Part shown: positions 36,700-50,400 of the stretch, piece after piece
Numbering within the stretch: position 1 is the first letter of the stretch
Layout of the letters: every line of letters begins with the position of its first letter
Source of the DNA: Paraphysomonas bandaiensis
Lineage: Eukaryota; Protista; Chrysophyceae
Assembly (NCBI GenBank): GCA_965644295.1
Contig: CBFFRP010000400.1
Location: 1 to 64,000 of the forward strand
DNA length: 64,000 bases
Direction of reading: 5' to 3'
Translations under genes and position numbers: made by a program
Notes under the pieces: model-generated
What the model saw: only the letters and a program-made list of their open reading frames with translations
Told to the model about the DNA's origin: nothing
The model's database searches: none

Positions 36700-37590
36700 C
36701 TAGGATGCTATCGGATCACAGAATGGTACCTTACCTATAAGATTTATTGTTCCTGATATAGGACATAATTCACATTTGTAAGGCAATATAAGCACCCCAG
36801 CTCTATAGGCATTGTGCAATGCTTGCTGGTATGCTAGATCTATATTAGACGGAGTAAACGAGGTTGCATCGCCGCGTTGAATTAAAAACAAAATTGCTGC
36901 TTTTCCACCAGCAAGGACGTGGCGAGTTAAACATTGTGCGTGTTTGGTCGCTCGGTCACTTACTGCATCCGGGAACTCTGCCTTCACCTCACTATTAGTC
37001 GATGCAGAGGGAAAAGCCAAGGTTACAGATTTCACCTCTATGAGCATCCGATTGGCTATGCCACTACTCACAGTATTTTCCTGTTGTTTATTATTTTCCA
37101 ACGATGGCGTTGATGACTTTCGTTTCCGTTTCTTTGATGGGGAAGGTGTAGCAAGAACAGTACCAACTGGGTTAAAATCAAGTTCAAAGTCAATCCTGCA
37201 GTCACCGACTTTAACTTCACTCTTAAGTTCTGAAAACCCTTTACATTCTTCAATCAATCCATCACTTAGAGCTTTCGATACAATCTTATTAGCCAATGCA
37301 GAGTGAATGCCTACCCAAACACCGTTGACAGATATCATTTGTAATGTATGTGCATACTTTCGTTTCATATTATTTGATACTGATACAATACATGGAGGCT
37401 GTGGTATAGCAGGTGGTACTAAATTAAGCATAGATCCTGTGTTAGGACAGTGAACAGTGATAGTTTCCTTGTTATCATCTGCATTACTTGTATTTAATAT
37501 AATGTCAGCTAAAAATCTCTTATATCTCTGTAATAATGTAGCTGATAGTAGTCTTTCTTCAAATTTATAGACAATTGTAGGGTTAGACAT
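36700..37590 (-). CDS. sfsA: SfsA-family PD-(D/E)XK nuclease, intronless
   Basis: RYKRFLADI, HCPNTGSM, RIDF, IEVKSVTL, FPDAVSDRATKH, LFLIQRGD, AYRAGV. Start is MSNPT (37590) or the upstream ATG at 37638. Confidence 0.92.
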   Translation of the reverse strand: MSNPTIVYKFEERLLSATLLQRYKRFLADIILNTSNADDNKETITVHCPNTGSMLNLVPPAIPQPPCIVSVSNNMKRKYAHTLQMISVNGVWVGIHSALANKIVSKALSDGLIEECKGFSELKSEVKVGDCRIDFELDFNPVGTVLATPSPSKKRKRKSSTPSLENNKQQENTVSSGIANRMLIEVKSVTLAFPSASTNSEVKAEFPDAVSDRATKHAQCLTRHVLAGGKAAILFLIQRGDATSFTPSNIDLAYQQALHNAYRAGVLILPYKCELCPISGTINLIGKVPFCDPIAS

Positions 37591-38422
37591 GTTTCTATAA
37601 TGAAATGGATTGAGTGTGTGGTTAATGAGGTTGATCATATCATATCCATGTATAGCTTACACGCTGCTGCTCCACATCCTCCATATAACTACACATGTAC
37701 AGTACATTATATCCTTAAAAAATAAGGGTTATTTAGATTGAAAATGTAAATATCATAGAATTAGGACATATAAATGGGGTTATTGTGAGGTAGGTATAGA
37801 AAATAGTGTTATTTTAGTCAATGTTGCTGATGGTGAGTGAGGGAAGAAACGGTGGGGTGTGGTATAAATAACACATTAAGTCAAAAGTCGTAATTTTTGT
37901 ATATAAAATCAAGAAAAAAGTGATTTTTGTACATAAAACTAAGAAAAATAGCTACATACAAGTACAGTTTATACTATTATTGATATCTAGAAAACTCAAT
38001 AAATTCAATATAATCTAAAAACTCATAGATTTTTATACTTATATTCTATAAAAAATACACATATAGTTGTTCATCGATTTGTTCATCGTTTTTTTCATTG
38101 AAAAGTCATCGATTTTTCATTAAAAAGTCTCTTTTTTTCACTTTTCACTGAAAAATCGATGACTTTTCAATAAAATAATTGATGAAATCGATATGCACAA
38201 CCACCCCCAGAGTATACTGTATATGTCTATATTTATATACTGTACATGTATGTATGAGATTCTACTTAATAAGTCTATTAATTCATTCGTACATACATAC
38301 ACAGTTAGGACACAAGATTCAAACCATCCTCTTATATTCATTATATAAATAATCTTGTATTCTTATTATCCTATTCATTCATGTATATTTATGATATAAT
38401 TTAACTATAAAACTATAAGGAG

Positions 38423-41400
38423 ATGATGATTGTATGTCTATTATATATTAACCTCCTGTTACTATGGGGGGATACATGCAATGCATTACCATCAATAGAA
38501 AAATATGGATATATATGGACTTTATCATTATCAAATATCAGTCATACAATGGCATGTGCTAATAATGGTTTAAAACCATCATCTTCATATGATTTCATTC
38601 CATGGAATAGAACTATTATGGAAGATATTGTAACTTCATTCAATAGAGATGTTATCAAGACAGGATATGGTATAAATGGGTGTTGTGTTCCTGGTTTATG
38701 GTGTGATCAATCTGTTTGTTTCACACAATCGCTTAGTCCGCATTACTTTAATTATCAAGGGTCTCAGGATATTGCCGCTTATACTGTATATACATGCGTA
38801 GGTAGTCCAGTTGATGATACTGTTAGTATAAGTTCCGTGACACTCAATGGTGGACAGTTGACTATCTCTGGTCATAATTATGGACTTAATGATACATTAA
38901 TTGATACCACTATTGGCGGTATTCCCTGCCGGAATAAGGAAATATGCAGCAGTGTGTGCCAAGTATGTGACGACTACAACTGCCCCAAAGATAGTGTGTG
39001 CTTATCTGTGGGATCCACAAGATCATGTTTAATGTATTGTGGGGGACCTGCTGACAGTAGTTGCCCATGTGACACGACATGTCAGCATGTGAACGTATAT
39101 ACCGGACAGGATTCTTTCGTGTCTGCGCACTTTTGTGCCCCGAAGAACTTAGATTGTGGTAGTTATAGAAGTTCACATAGCAGTCAAGTTCGATGTGAAA
39201 CACATCGCTCGTATTCATGGACTTCAGATAGTACGGTACGTAGATGCAGTCTAACTGTTACACGGCTTCATTGATATTTCCTTTTTGTACAGGGCCCGCA
39301 ATCATTGAATGTTGCTATTGCTGTGTCTCAAAATTCAGCAATTGTTTCACACACTCAGAATATGGAAGCTTGTACCAGCGATATGAACTGTCACGATGAC
39401 TCCATGTACACATCTGATACCTGTGAGTATGGCTCTTGTTCGTATGAGCCTTATACTCAATCACTTGACGAGCCTTCTGGACAAATGTCTACTCCTTTTG
39501 GAAGTGTATACCCTGCTATTACAGAACGTAGTACTCCTTTCACGTATGTTACCTTTATTGCGGACGATATGATATCCGAACAAGATCTCTTCGAGTCCAC
39601 TGTACGCCTTACTGGAAAACTATCATCTGTAAGCGACGTCGATGATTTTCCAGTTGAATATATGCCACTGAATTTTCCGTTTACGTTTTTTGGGAATACC
39701 GTTAACGACATCGGAATTAATCCTAATGGTCTTATTTCATTACCTCCGTATGTGCCCTGTTTTGCACTTGCGGGTACTTTAAATGTACGTACACATTGCT
39801 CTTCTCTGATTCTTTTGGTTGCTGAAATATATAGCATAAATCCAGTATGAGTGAAGTGTCCATGCTTAAGAATATACAATATGAACTATCTTATCGCTGT
39901 GAATATATCTAATAGTAATTATTTAATCGTAGTGTCCGGTATTCGGGACTGACACAAATGTGATCTCAATTTGGGGCTCAGATTTCGACCTTCGTCTTGG
40001 TGGCCAAGACTCCACGGTTCATGTTTTGGAACAGTCACGAAGCAACGAATTATATTTCAATGACGTATATGGCATCAATGCTGATGGGTTTCATGTGCTG
40101 TACTCGTTTGTATACAAATATGTCCAGGGTAGTGCACGAGACAGTCCATCCAATCCTGTCACTTTTTCTCTCTCCATGTATGAAGATGGCTCGATTCGGC
40201 TAAGATATCACACAGCACATGCTACGCACGCATCCACCGATGTGTATGGTATTTGGGGGTCGCGTGCGTCCACGAGTGATGAAACAGGTTCCCGATATCA
40301 TGAGGAGTCCTTACCAAAAGATGTGGTGAGTAGTGGAACAGATGTGACGTTTTGTGCCATTACCACAATGTCATGTGCTCCTGAGACATCCGCCCGCGAA
40401 GGGTCTTCAGTAACTGTCACTCTACTTGGGGACGCGCCATCATGTACTGCATTAGGTGAAGCAGGCTTGTTAACGTATTGTGTATGGATGGGAGGGGGTG
40501 ATGGCATGGTTACCACACCCACTTATATCCAGAGCAGTAATGGAACTTCTCTTTTGTGCCCAGTACCTTCCCTCAATGTATCTGATCATTCCCTTGTGTC
40601 ACTTGATATATCCTACAACGCAACCCGTGATGTATTGTATTCTACTGTTTCTGATGGACAAAAAAGCCTTTTTACCAAATCGTATGATACAAGTACAGGG
40701 GAAATAACGAACGGGCACGTTATGTTCCGTTATATTTCTGCGGTTGCAGACGAGGTTGAATATGGATGCAACCCACTTCAGTCCTCACCTTCAGTGTGCG
40801 ATTCATGTTTAGTGTGTGGTGGCAACAGCAGCACAGTGGACTGCAATGGCGAGTGTTTTGGAATGGCCTACATTGACTCTTGTGGAGTATGCAGTGGGGG
40901 CTCGACAGGTTTGTCTCCTGGTGCGTCCTGTGACTTATCCGGTGTTTCAGATGATTGGAACAATAGTAATATACTGGACACCGTATCGAAGACAATACTG
41001 TTGTTGACAATGATGGTGTGCATGACTTTCATATTTTCTGCGTGCATGAGAGTTATACGAGCCTCATTCATCGTGGGCAGAGGCGACGACCTGACTGACG
41101 AAAATGTATTCGGTGGTCCTGCTTACCCTTTGCGCCGTGGCAATGGCTTATCTCGTTTTGAAATTGATGCCCTTGGTCAGATGGAGTACTCCGCTGGGAC
41201 CAAGTTGAACTCATCGCACCAGCACTGTACGGATATTGAGACATCGCTGACTTTTGGAAACGACGCCCCTCTAATTGATTTTACTGTGGAATGTGCAATT
41301 TGTTTGAATGATCTCAATGAAGGCGATATGTGTCGGCAACTTCCCTGTGATCACCTCTTCCATCGCGATTGCATAGATCAATGGTTCACCCTCTCAGTGG

Positions 41401-41690
41401 CATGCCCGATGTGCAAGCGGAATATTCGTGCTATTCTCCACGGGGATGACACAAGCACTACGTCTTCCAGCGCGTCCAGTTTTCCGAGTCGTCGAACAGA
41501 TACATCACCTTCCACTGGTAATCCACTTCCCACAATTTCTCCCTCACCATCAGTAGTGTCATCGGAAAACGTAGAGCTCAACCCCATCGTAGAATTAGCG
41601 CCGCGTAATACGGAAAACGTTACTTCTCCTGATACCAACGCAGCATCTGAAACTTCTGGGTATTCCCACGTGCCCAATTCAGAGGAGTAA
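38423..41690 (+). CDS. Type I membrane protein: signal peptide, large Cys-rich ectodomain, TM, cytosolic RING-H2; 3 exons
   Basis: Hydrophobic N-terminus; DCNGECFG...DSCGVCSGG repeats; TM ILLLTMMVCMTFIF; CAICL...LPCDHLFHRDCIDQW...CPMCK. Introns ~39236-39291 and ~39784-39932. Confidence 0.88.
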
Positions 41691-42299
41691 TCGTATAACT
41701 CCAGCCACATATATGTATAAATACTTTTAAGTTCAAACGATTACACTTTTATATTAGCATATCAAAATTTAGGTTCTTTTGCCTGTATGATAGTGATGAA
41801 TTAGTACTCTGTCTGCCACATACGATAATAATACATAGCGTAGTCCTGCGGTGAAAAGAAATTCCTGAAGTATGCTAGTTGTACAATGAGAATCGCCTCA
41901 ACTTGAAAGCTTGAGTACGTATTAAAATTCCTCATAGGGGTGTAATTGAACCAATGAAATGTAGATATGACTGTAGAAATGGAGTTGGTAGACGACACTT
42001 CATTTACTGGTCAAAAAAGGAACAAAACACATAACCTAGCCACTGTTACATTATAAGATTCTATCATTGATCATTGTACTTCAAAGAAGTGCGTGCTCTT
42101 TTCATAATATTGTTTGTTTCATTATTTCTCCATTATTAATAGTAGCAATGCACATTAAAGTTGCCTTCAAAATGCGAATGGCAGTACTTTCAGTGGATAA
42201 TATAGAATACGTATATTGTATATTATTGCATTATTGCAGAAGGCAACTGAAGTAAATGGTAAATGGTAAATGTGAAATGTGACCTTCTAAGAGTTAAGG

Positions 42300-43010
42300 A
42301 TTCAAAACGTCCTGAGAACTGCAGTTCTAATTTGGGAAGTTCTTAGTTTAATTTTAGGCCATATTCTAGCTTTAGTATCTGCTGATTATAGTTAGTAACA
42401 GCAAAAGTCGTAACGATTTACTTCATGACATCATGATTCGCTGTATACATAGGTACTCTTTAGTAATGTACTACTATTCAAGGCTTAACGTATATTATAC
42501 AAGTAGGGTTCTAGAAATTTCATACAGTATAGAGAGTTAACTTCCAGAGCTTAATTGATTATTCTCGGACTATCACAGAAATATTCTCTGCACTATCTCA
42601 ATCAATTCTGTATTACTTCTAGATTAAAAATATTCAAGTCTACTTATGATATTCCAAAACTTAATTTGGTAATAGATGAATAAGCCGGTATTCCAACAAC
42701 ATCGGACGCCCAGGCTGTGCACTCGAGCAATTCTGAAACACCACTACATCAAAACCTTTACAGTCTTGAAGTAATAGAAGCGGGGTGTCTAGAACTGTAC
42801 TGAACTGGAACTACAAACCTTCAAGTAATCCTTTCATTCAAAAATTAATTTCACCTATAAGACATTAAGACCCACAATCTTTTACAAGATAATTAAACTA
42901 AGATCAAATCATTCACTATCACACTCTGATAAACGACTTCCTTCACTCGTATTTACAGTATAGAGTAGGAGTAATTCATATACACACTGAGAGGGGGGCA
43001 TGATGTCTAC
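42300..43010 (+). mobile_element. Possible highly decayed Copia RT/RNase H remnant ending in a polypurine tract
   Basis: Fragments SRYSNN and RAILKH; GAGAGGGGGG followed closely by TG at ~42989-43002. Weak support. Confidence 0.3.
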
Positions 43011-43312
43011 CATCATGAGCATGATTATCCATATCTATAAGATAACACCCTTATAATCAATCAGATAATCAGATGAACGACATAAAGTAACTGAAGCTTA
43101 TGAGTATGTTGATATACACTGTATTCATATGTATCATTACATGATAATCAACCCTATCAGCTCATTCTTATCAATTGATATTATCAGCCTTTAATGACAG
43201 GAGCAAGAAGATCACATACAATCGTTTCTCTTTAAGATTTTAATGATGATGTTCAGTGTATAGATTTCCATAATGTAGACATACATACAGTGGAATACGG
43301 TGACATGTATGC

Positions 43313-43388
43313 GTATCTTCAAAGATGCCTTAAATATTGAGATAATAATTACCTGTATTCTAGCCGTAGTTCTATTACAGTAATATAG
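43313..43388 (-). mobile_element. ~150-bp MITE-like repeat, partial copy 3
   Basis: TTCAAAGATGCCTTAAATATTGAGA...CTGTATTCTAGCCGTA is the reverse complement of the family core. Confidence 0.78.
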
Positions 43389-43401
43389 TTACTCCCGAAA
43401 A

Positions 43402-43563
43402 TGTATGTAGGTATGTATGTATGTATGTATGTATGTATGTATGTATGTATGTATGTATGTAGGTATGTATGTATGTATGTATGTATGTATGTATGTATGT
43501 ATGTATGTATGTATGTATGTATGTATGTATGTATGTATGTATGTATGTATGTATGTATGTATG
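43402..43563. repeat. (TATG)n microsatellite
   Basis: Near-perfect array. Confidence 0.99.
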
Positions 43564-43884
43564 CATATGTCGGTAGGTACACTATTACTTCAATTCGATT
43601 CGAACATTTCTTTTTCTAGTAATTTTTTATAGTGGTGTATGTATGTGGTAGGCATTACTAGTATAAACCCTCCATATGGGAAGTGGACCATCCCTCTACC
43701 CACATCTATCTACCTTACTTCACTGACATCTTAGTGTATATCTATATCTATATATAGACATCACCATCTACTCCTAAGAAGCTTCTTATCAATCTCCACA
43801 TATCTCTCTATCATTTCCCTTAGAAAATACCCTTCTCCAACTACCTTCATATAACACATACACATACAGATACATACATAGACA

Positions 43885-44653
43885 ATGCAAAGCATATGGA
43901 CTATGAAAACATTATCATATATTGGTGCTGCAGCTACAGGATGTATTCTTTGTTGGCATATGAGTCGTCCTAGATCTCAACCTAAACCTATCACATGGAC
44001 ATGTCATTGTCATCGTGTACAGGCTCATGTACAATTCAGATCAGATCATATTCCATCTGCTGAATGTCACTGTAATGATTGTATTGGATTTGGTAATTGG
44101 ACTATAGAAGAACTGAAATCTCCAGTTAACGTAAGATTACATGTAGATATATGATTATAACTATTGTTCTTATCTATTTTTTGTACAAATGGACTTATAT
44201 ATGTAGGTACTATCTAACAATGGAGGCCCCTATATGGTACAAGTTTTTAAAGATGAATTCACGTTTACGAAAGGGGCTGAATTAATAAAACGTGTTAAAT
44301 TAACGGATAAGTCTTTTATTCAAAGAATGTATACCACTTGCTGTCACACTCCTGTCGGTTTGGTACCGACATGGCAGCCTTATCCTATGCTTGTCCTCTA
44401 CCGTGAGAATTTTCAAGACATCGAATTTGGAACAGTTTGGTGGAGATTATACACAGAACGTATATCAAGTCCAGAGTTGTACGAACGTGGTGAAGGGCGT
44501 GCCATTCAGTCTGCTCAGCTCGCTATCTCGTTCATTGCCTTCACATTGGTCAGAGTTTTGTATGGTTGCGTTTCTGGAAGGAATAAACCTGATCCTTTAA
44601 GTCAAGTACCTCAGGACATAGAAATTATTCAAGTCAGCAGCAAGGACAAATGA
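43885..44653 (+). CDS. GFA/CENP-V-like zinc-binding protein (DUF6151-like) with N-terminal anchor; 2 exons
   Basis: WTCHCHRVQ, ECHCNDC, GG...VQV, RMYTTCCHTPVG; intron ~44131-44206. Confidence 0.7.
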
Positions 44654-45554
44654 GTCAGTTCTTGTCCATTAGCAATGTGTCAATCTGGCGTTTTTTAACC
44701 CCTACATGCAGACATATTATATTTTATTGCTTATTAACGAATTCTCTGCTTTAGTATATAGATCGACAGTTTTCGTAGTTACACATTGAGTCCGGTGTTT
44801 TTATTTTCACTTGGTCGTTTCATTACTTACCCCAAGTGAGAGCAATTTCGACACCGTCCTTTGTGAGCTATACCGTTTCTGTCATCACAACCTATTGGTA
44901 TTACTGCTTGTTGCTCTTGATGATTATTGACCTTATTACTACTATCTTTTATTTATTGATGACATTATAGTTTTATTTACTCTTACAAAATTCAATTTAA
45001 ATGCTTATTACTTTATTAAAGATATTTAAAATTTGTAAAATAGCCTTGCGTTTTCTTTTCCAACCTATTTAGCTATTTAGTAGAACTCAGTTAACATCTT
45101 GGTCATCGTTGCCTTCGCCATTAATGTTTGTAGAAAACACTGCGTCAAATAAAGAAGAGAGCTATTTCAATTACAGACCACCAGCAATGCATTTTAAAAA
45201 ATTCATTAATTCTATTATCCTTGAGACAGTTATGTAACCAGAATTGGTTTTCATCACTAGCAGCCAGCAGCCAGTGTGTTCTCTGTTCCACCTTGTAGCA
45301 TATTGAGCATAGAAATGAATATCTTTTCGCTGACAAAAATCACGAAGGTATACTTATTACACAGTCACTATTCATATTACTCTTCATAGTAGAATCCTAC
45401 TAGATACGATGCCTACTGTTTACACGTACAAGACTGTGACAGCAGTACTACAATCGGCGCCTCGATACCAATTCTAATTTCAATTCGAAGCAACATATAT
45501 TATCAACAAAAACACTCATACAGTGAATTAGACGATGACACAATATAAAATAGT

Positions 45555-46402
45555 CTACAAGTCATTAGGCAAAGCATGTGTCATCTCCGCTGGGTGGTGA
45601 TGGTTTCCTGCCATATATGTTAGCCGCTACATACATGCGTTACGGAAGCATAACTCTAACCTGTATTATGCATAAGTCCCATTCCTTTGTCTCGTAGGTC
45701 CAGAAAGGTAAGCCCCTCGAATTCATACTCAGCATCACTTCCTGGGTCATTCTGTGTAACAGCAATGGACACATCGCCAGTGGTAATGTCGGCGGCATAG
45801 ACAGTGTCTCCTTTGTTCACGCCTATATAGAGTAAGCCATCGTAAAAAGCACCACCTTGAACTTCATCCAAAATTGAATTAAGTTTGATACTACCAACAT
45901 ATTCAAGGTCCGTGTTGTACATAAGAAGCGTGGAGATATTGTAGTAATCACTGGAGTATAATATATTGGTTGTAGGGTCCATAGCAATCCAAGGCATATG
46001 AGTCTGTGCACTCTGTGCCTTATAATTCACAAACTCAATCGAGTTATCAGTTAATTTATAAACAAATATAGCTGGTATTGTATAACTAGGCTCTTCCACT
46101 GGAAAATATACGTATCCATTAGAATAATCACAGTCACCAAGATGATTATATTGAAATTCTTCACGCAGAGAATGCGGAATAGCATCCAAATTTTGTGTTA
46201 TAATATCAAATGAATTTGTCATAATAAAAATTTGATTTTTTGAGTTTAATATAAATTGTTTTCCGTTATTACATAATCCTTCCATAGTTAGAGTCTGCAT
46301 ATAGTTCATAGGGAAGGGAGAGGTGCTGGATACATGCCATGTGTCCGGTCGAACAAGAGGGAGGAAGGTAATGAGTAGATAAGATAATAGAGATGTATTC
46401 AT
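45555..46402 (-). CDS. Secreted protein, probable beta-propeller; short last exon
   Basis: Signal peptide; YNHLGDCDY, YFPVEEP, MPWIA, VQGGAF, EFEGLTF; probable intron ~45609-45660. Confidence 0.7.
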
Positions 46403-46933
46403 GTGATTGTAGTGTAGAGGATACTGGTTAGGTGAAATGTGAATATCTTAAGAACGATATATACAACCATGCCATATATATACATACATGATGGGAGTTG
46501 TACTGCTGTAGTAGGTAGATTGGGTTGTATGTACATGTAGGTAGGTAGTTACGGCAGTATGTGCGTAGGTACGTAGGTAGGTAGGTGTGTAGGTACGTAG
46601 GTATGTGTGTATGTTGGTAGGTAGGTATATGTGCAGGTACGTAGGTATGTGTGTATGTTGGTAGGTAGGTATGTGTGTAGGTAGGTACGTAGGTACCTAG
46701 GTATGTAATTCCTACAGCAGTACTCTATATGTACTGTATATGTATGTATGGTGTTCACCATATGGTTCCTGTGTGTCCATATGCTTGGATGGATAGTATG
46801 ATACACGACTGTGTATGATATCTATGCATCGTATCCTGACTGTATGTATATCGACAGATTACACAGTCATTCATTCTATTACAAGAATTCATAGTCTAAC
46901 AAACACATTCAACACTATAAAACTATATTAACA

Positions 46934-49060
46934 ATGTCTTATAAGAACAAACTATACATTAATGGCGAATGGAGAGGTTCTTATTCATTCCTTCATATAT
47001 ATATCTAATTAATATCATATCTATAACTAGATGCTATTAAAGGAGGAACATTTGACACTATTAATCCTGCAACAGAAGAAATTATTACATCAGTAGCTGC
47101 TGCTACATCTGAAGATATTGATGGTATTATTAAACTATTCAATATATTTATTTTTATATAATTTTTTTTTATTGTATAGTTGCTGTTGAAGCTGCGGTGA
47201 GATGTCTTCACTCTTCTGATTGGGGATACTGTAGTACAGGGGCTCAACGTGCTCAAATTCTTCGTAAACTTGGTGATCTATTTACAGCTCATCAGGATGA
47301 ACTTGCTCGGTTAGACAGTCTTGATCAAGGCAAGCCACTAAGAGAAGCCAAAGCCGATCTCGGAGATGCTATTTCGTGCTGTGCGCACTTTGCTAAGCTT
47401 GCAGAAGAACAAGACTCGAAACAAAACGAAGTGATCGACAACGGTACTGATGGGGAATTCGTGACAACTATTGTGTTGGAACCCATAGGCGTGGTGGCAG
47501 CTATCACCCCTTGGAACTACCCTCTACTGATGGCTGTTTGGAAAGTTGTACCTGCAATTGCTGCTGGGTGTACTATTGTACTAAAACCATCCGAACTGGC
47601 TCCGCTGTCTTGTCTCGTGTTTGGAGAACTTTGTACTCAGGTATTTATTCATTCAGCGATGAGGATATCGTTTATATCCCACAGGCCGGTCTTCCCAATG
47701 GAGCCCTGAATGTTGTTCCAGGACTTGGGCCGGATGCTGGTGGCCCCTTGTCCTCGCATCCTGCTGTGGATAAAGTTAGCTTCACTGGCAAGTTAATGCA
47801 CATTTGTATACTTTTCTTCTGTTCTTGTACTTAATTATACTTTATTTTAGTTAGTTGCTATATATTTCTCGATATTTAAATGTATCTATTCCTAGGATCG
47901 GTACCAACCGCTCGCCGAGTGATGACCTGCGCTGCTGCTGGTCCACGTGCAGTCACGCTTGAGCTGGGTAAGGAGCATACATATATATTTGTTCCCCAGT
48001 ATAAATTATATTGGGAGTTATTTGACACTGCGTTTGGACCCAGGTGGAAAATCCCCGCTAATTATATTCGAGGATGCGGAATTGGACTCCGCCGTTGATT
48101 GGGTAATAACTGGTTTCTTATGGGGATCTGGGCAGGTAAGTGATAAGTAATTGTGTATTGGTCGATTGAAATGTATCCGCGCGGATTGATGGCATGACAG
48201 TACATGACGATATTTATAGGTGTGCTCAGCTACAGCACGTGTTTTGGTACACTCTTCTCTTCGTGAGACGTTTATGAAGAAACTCATTGATAGAATAGCT
48301 TTTGTGAAGCTTGGAGACTCGCTCACAGAAGAAATGATATCTCATGAGGGTGGTCAAATGGGCCCTCTGGTGAACAAGACACAATACGATAAGGTGGGGT
48401 TTGAATTTCATATACATTCTATTGAATCTGTTTGTGTGTTTTATTTCAACCGAGTACTAAGCTACGGAAAATAGGTTTGGGCGTTTATTGACGGCGCACG
48501 AGCAGAAGGCTGCGTGTTCGCTTATGGGGGAGAGCGTGCCATGGTTTCTTCTGTGAATAATGGAAAAGGGTATTTTATTCCTCCTACCGTCATTGTCGAC
48601 CCTCCTACGACAGCAACTGTGTGGAATGAAGAGATCTTTGGGCCTGTATTGTGTGTCAGAGAGTTCAGTACTGAAGATGAAGCTGTGCAAGTAGCAAATG
48701 ATACTCCTTATGGGTTGGCAGGCGCAGTGTTTTCTGCTGATTCGACGAGGTAATGTATTACAGTTTTATGATTCGTATATGACGTTTCGTTTTATGTATT
48801 TTTCTTATTTAGGTGTGAACGGGTGTCACGACGGCTTAGAGTGGGTATTGTGTGGCGCAACAATTGTCAACCAGCTTTCATACAGGCTCCTTGGGGAGGA
48901 TGCAAAATGAGTGGATTCGGTCGTGATCTTGGAAGGTATGGAAATCGATAAATAGAAATGGCTATATTGTTATATGTTGTTTAGATGGGGACTCGAGGAG
49001 TTTACAAACGTGAAACAAGTAACCACTTGTGCACCTGGTCATCAGTGGTCGCTCTGGTAA
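46934..49060 (+). CDS. Betaine/aminoaldehyde dehydrogenase (ALDH10 family), ~9-10 exons
   Basis: [50 protein letters not shown] (catalytic Cys), [23 protein letters not shown]. Confidence 0.93.
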
Positions 49061-50400
49061 AATGCGACCGACTACTACCCGTGGAACAAAACAACGTCGT
49101 CCATGTCAAGCGTTTCTCTTTCTTTTCTCCTACGAGTAGTATAATATGAACATCATGAATTATTTTTGTTCACGTAATTGTTTCAGTGAATTTTCAGTTG
49201 TATAATTAAGGTTTCATTGACTCCTTGAATATATTTAAATACCCTGTAAATACTACTAGTATTGGAATTTCCGTTTCATGAATGAGGTTTAACTAAGTTT
49301 ACCTTCGTATATTACAGACTTTGGAAAATAAATAACAATGTAATATAGGTGATTACTACATCTCTCAATAGATTAGATTATGAAAGTAATAAGCGTTAGC
49401 AATCAACAACAACCTTTGACGTAGAGTTCCCTGCTAGTAGTTAATATGGGCTTGTACTATTCAACCTTGCCCACTTGCCACACATATTTATTAAATAGTA
49501 AAGATATTGAGTTCAACAATGACTAGATAGACAGCTGTTCAACTTGAACCTTGAACCATGTAACAATGTTTAATATATACGTACAACAAAACATAATGTT
49601 GAACGGCAATTTAATTGACGTCAGGGATTCCAAGCTAAGGTTATTGCTCGTGCTGCTCTTAGTACTGCTTTATAACAGCTGTTGAAGGCGAGTTTATTTG
49701 ACGATATCAGCAATTGCACCCCCTCGTTGGGCACCATGGTTTCGTGTGTTGCGTAGAGTTGAGGAATAATCATTATTCAATGACAGGGACCACAAGGCTT
49801 GTTTTCAAGTTGTTATTGTCCACATATCCGGTTTACTTTACAGGTCTAGACGTCAGTTATGTGAATTCCAATATACAACCTTAAGCACCTCTGCTTGCTA
49901 TTAGAGATCGTTCTATCAACGACATTAAGGGTAATAAAGATCATGTTAATATGAGTGTGTATCATTCTTTGTAACTATGAATATATCCGCATATAGAATG
50001 CATGTATAGATATCTGTATATATGAGTATAGCTTAATAATATCAGTGTAGTAGATAATGTTAGTGTTACTGTTTAATGTTGTTATGATAATCATAACCAT
50101 TGTATTGAATAGACAGACTATGACCGACATTAAGATCTGGGTATCTTAACGTGTTGGGTCAGTTGCTATCATCATAGCAACTGCTGTATATATGTCTGAT
50201 TTTGGAGGATAAAAGGTATTTTTATACTATAATATATGGAATTTAGGGAGTCATCTCGTGTATAAATACCCAGATTTTTATAATCCTTGATGTTTTTAGA
50301 CAGTCAAATGTCTGTATTTTCACAGATATGGTGTAGATGTAGGCATTTGGACAGTGTGTGGACATAAATGCATAGGAATTCCAACAATTGAGTTCCCCAA

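Noticed and set aside
12285-44653. Bacterial contamination or a prokaryotic defence island (NADAR, SfsA, DUF6151-like, TPR)
   Set aside because: The genes are dispersed, mostly contain spliceosomal introns, and are interleaved with clearly eukaryotic genes and TEs; there is no operon structure.
49600-49930. Slightly GC-richer patch that might be a TE relic
   Set aside because: No convincing motif or repeat partner in the window.
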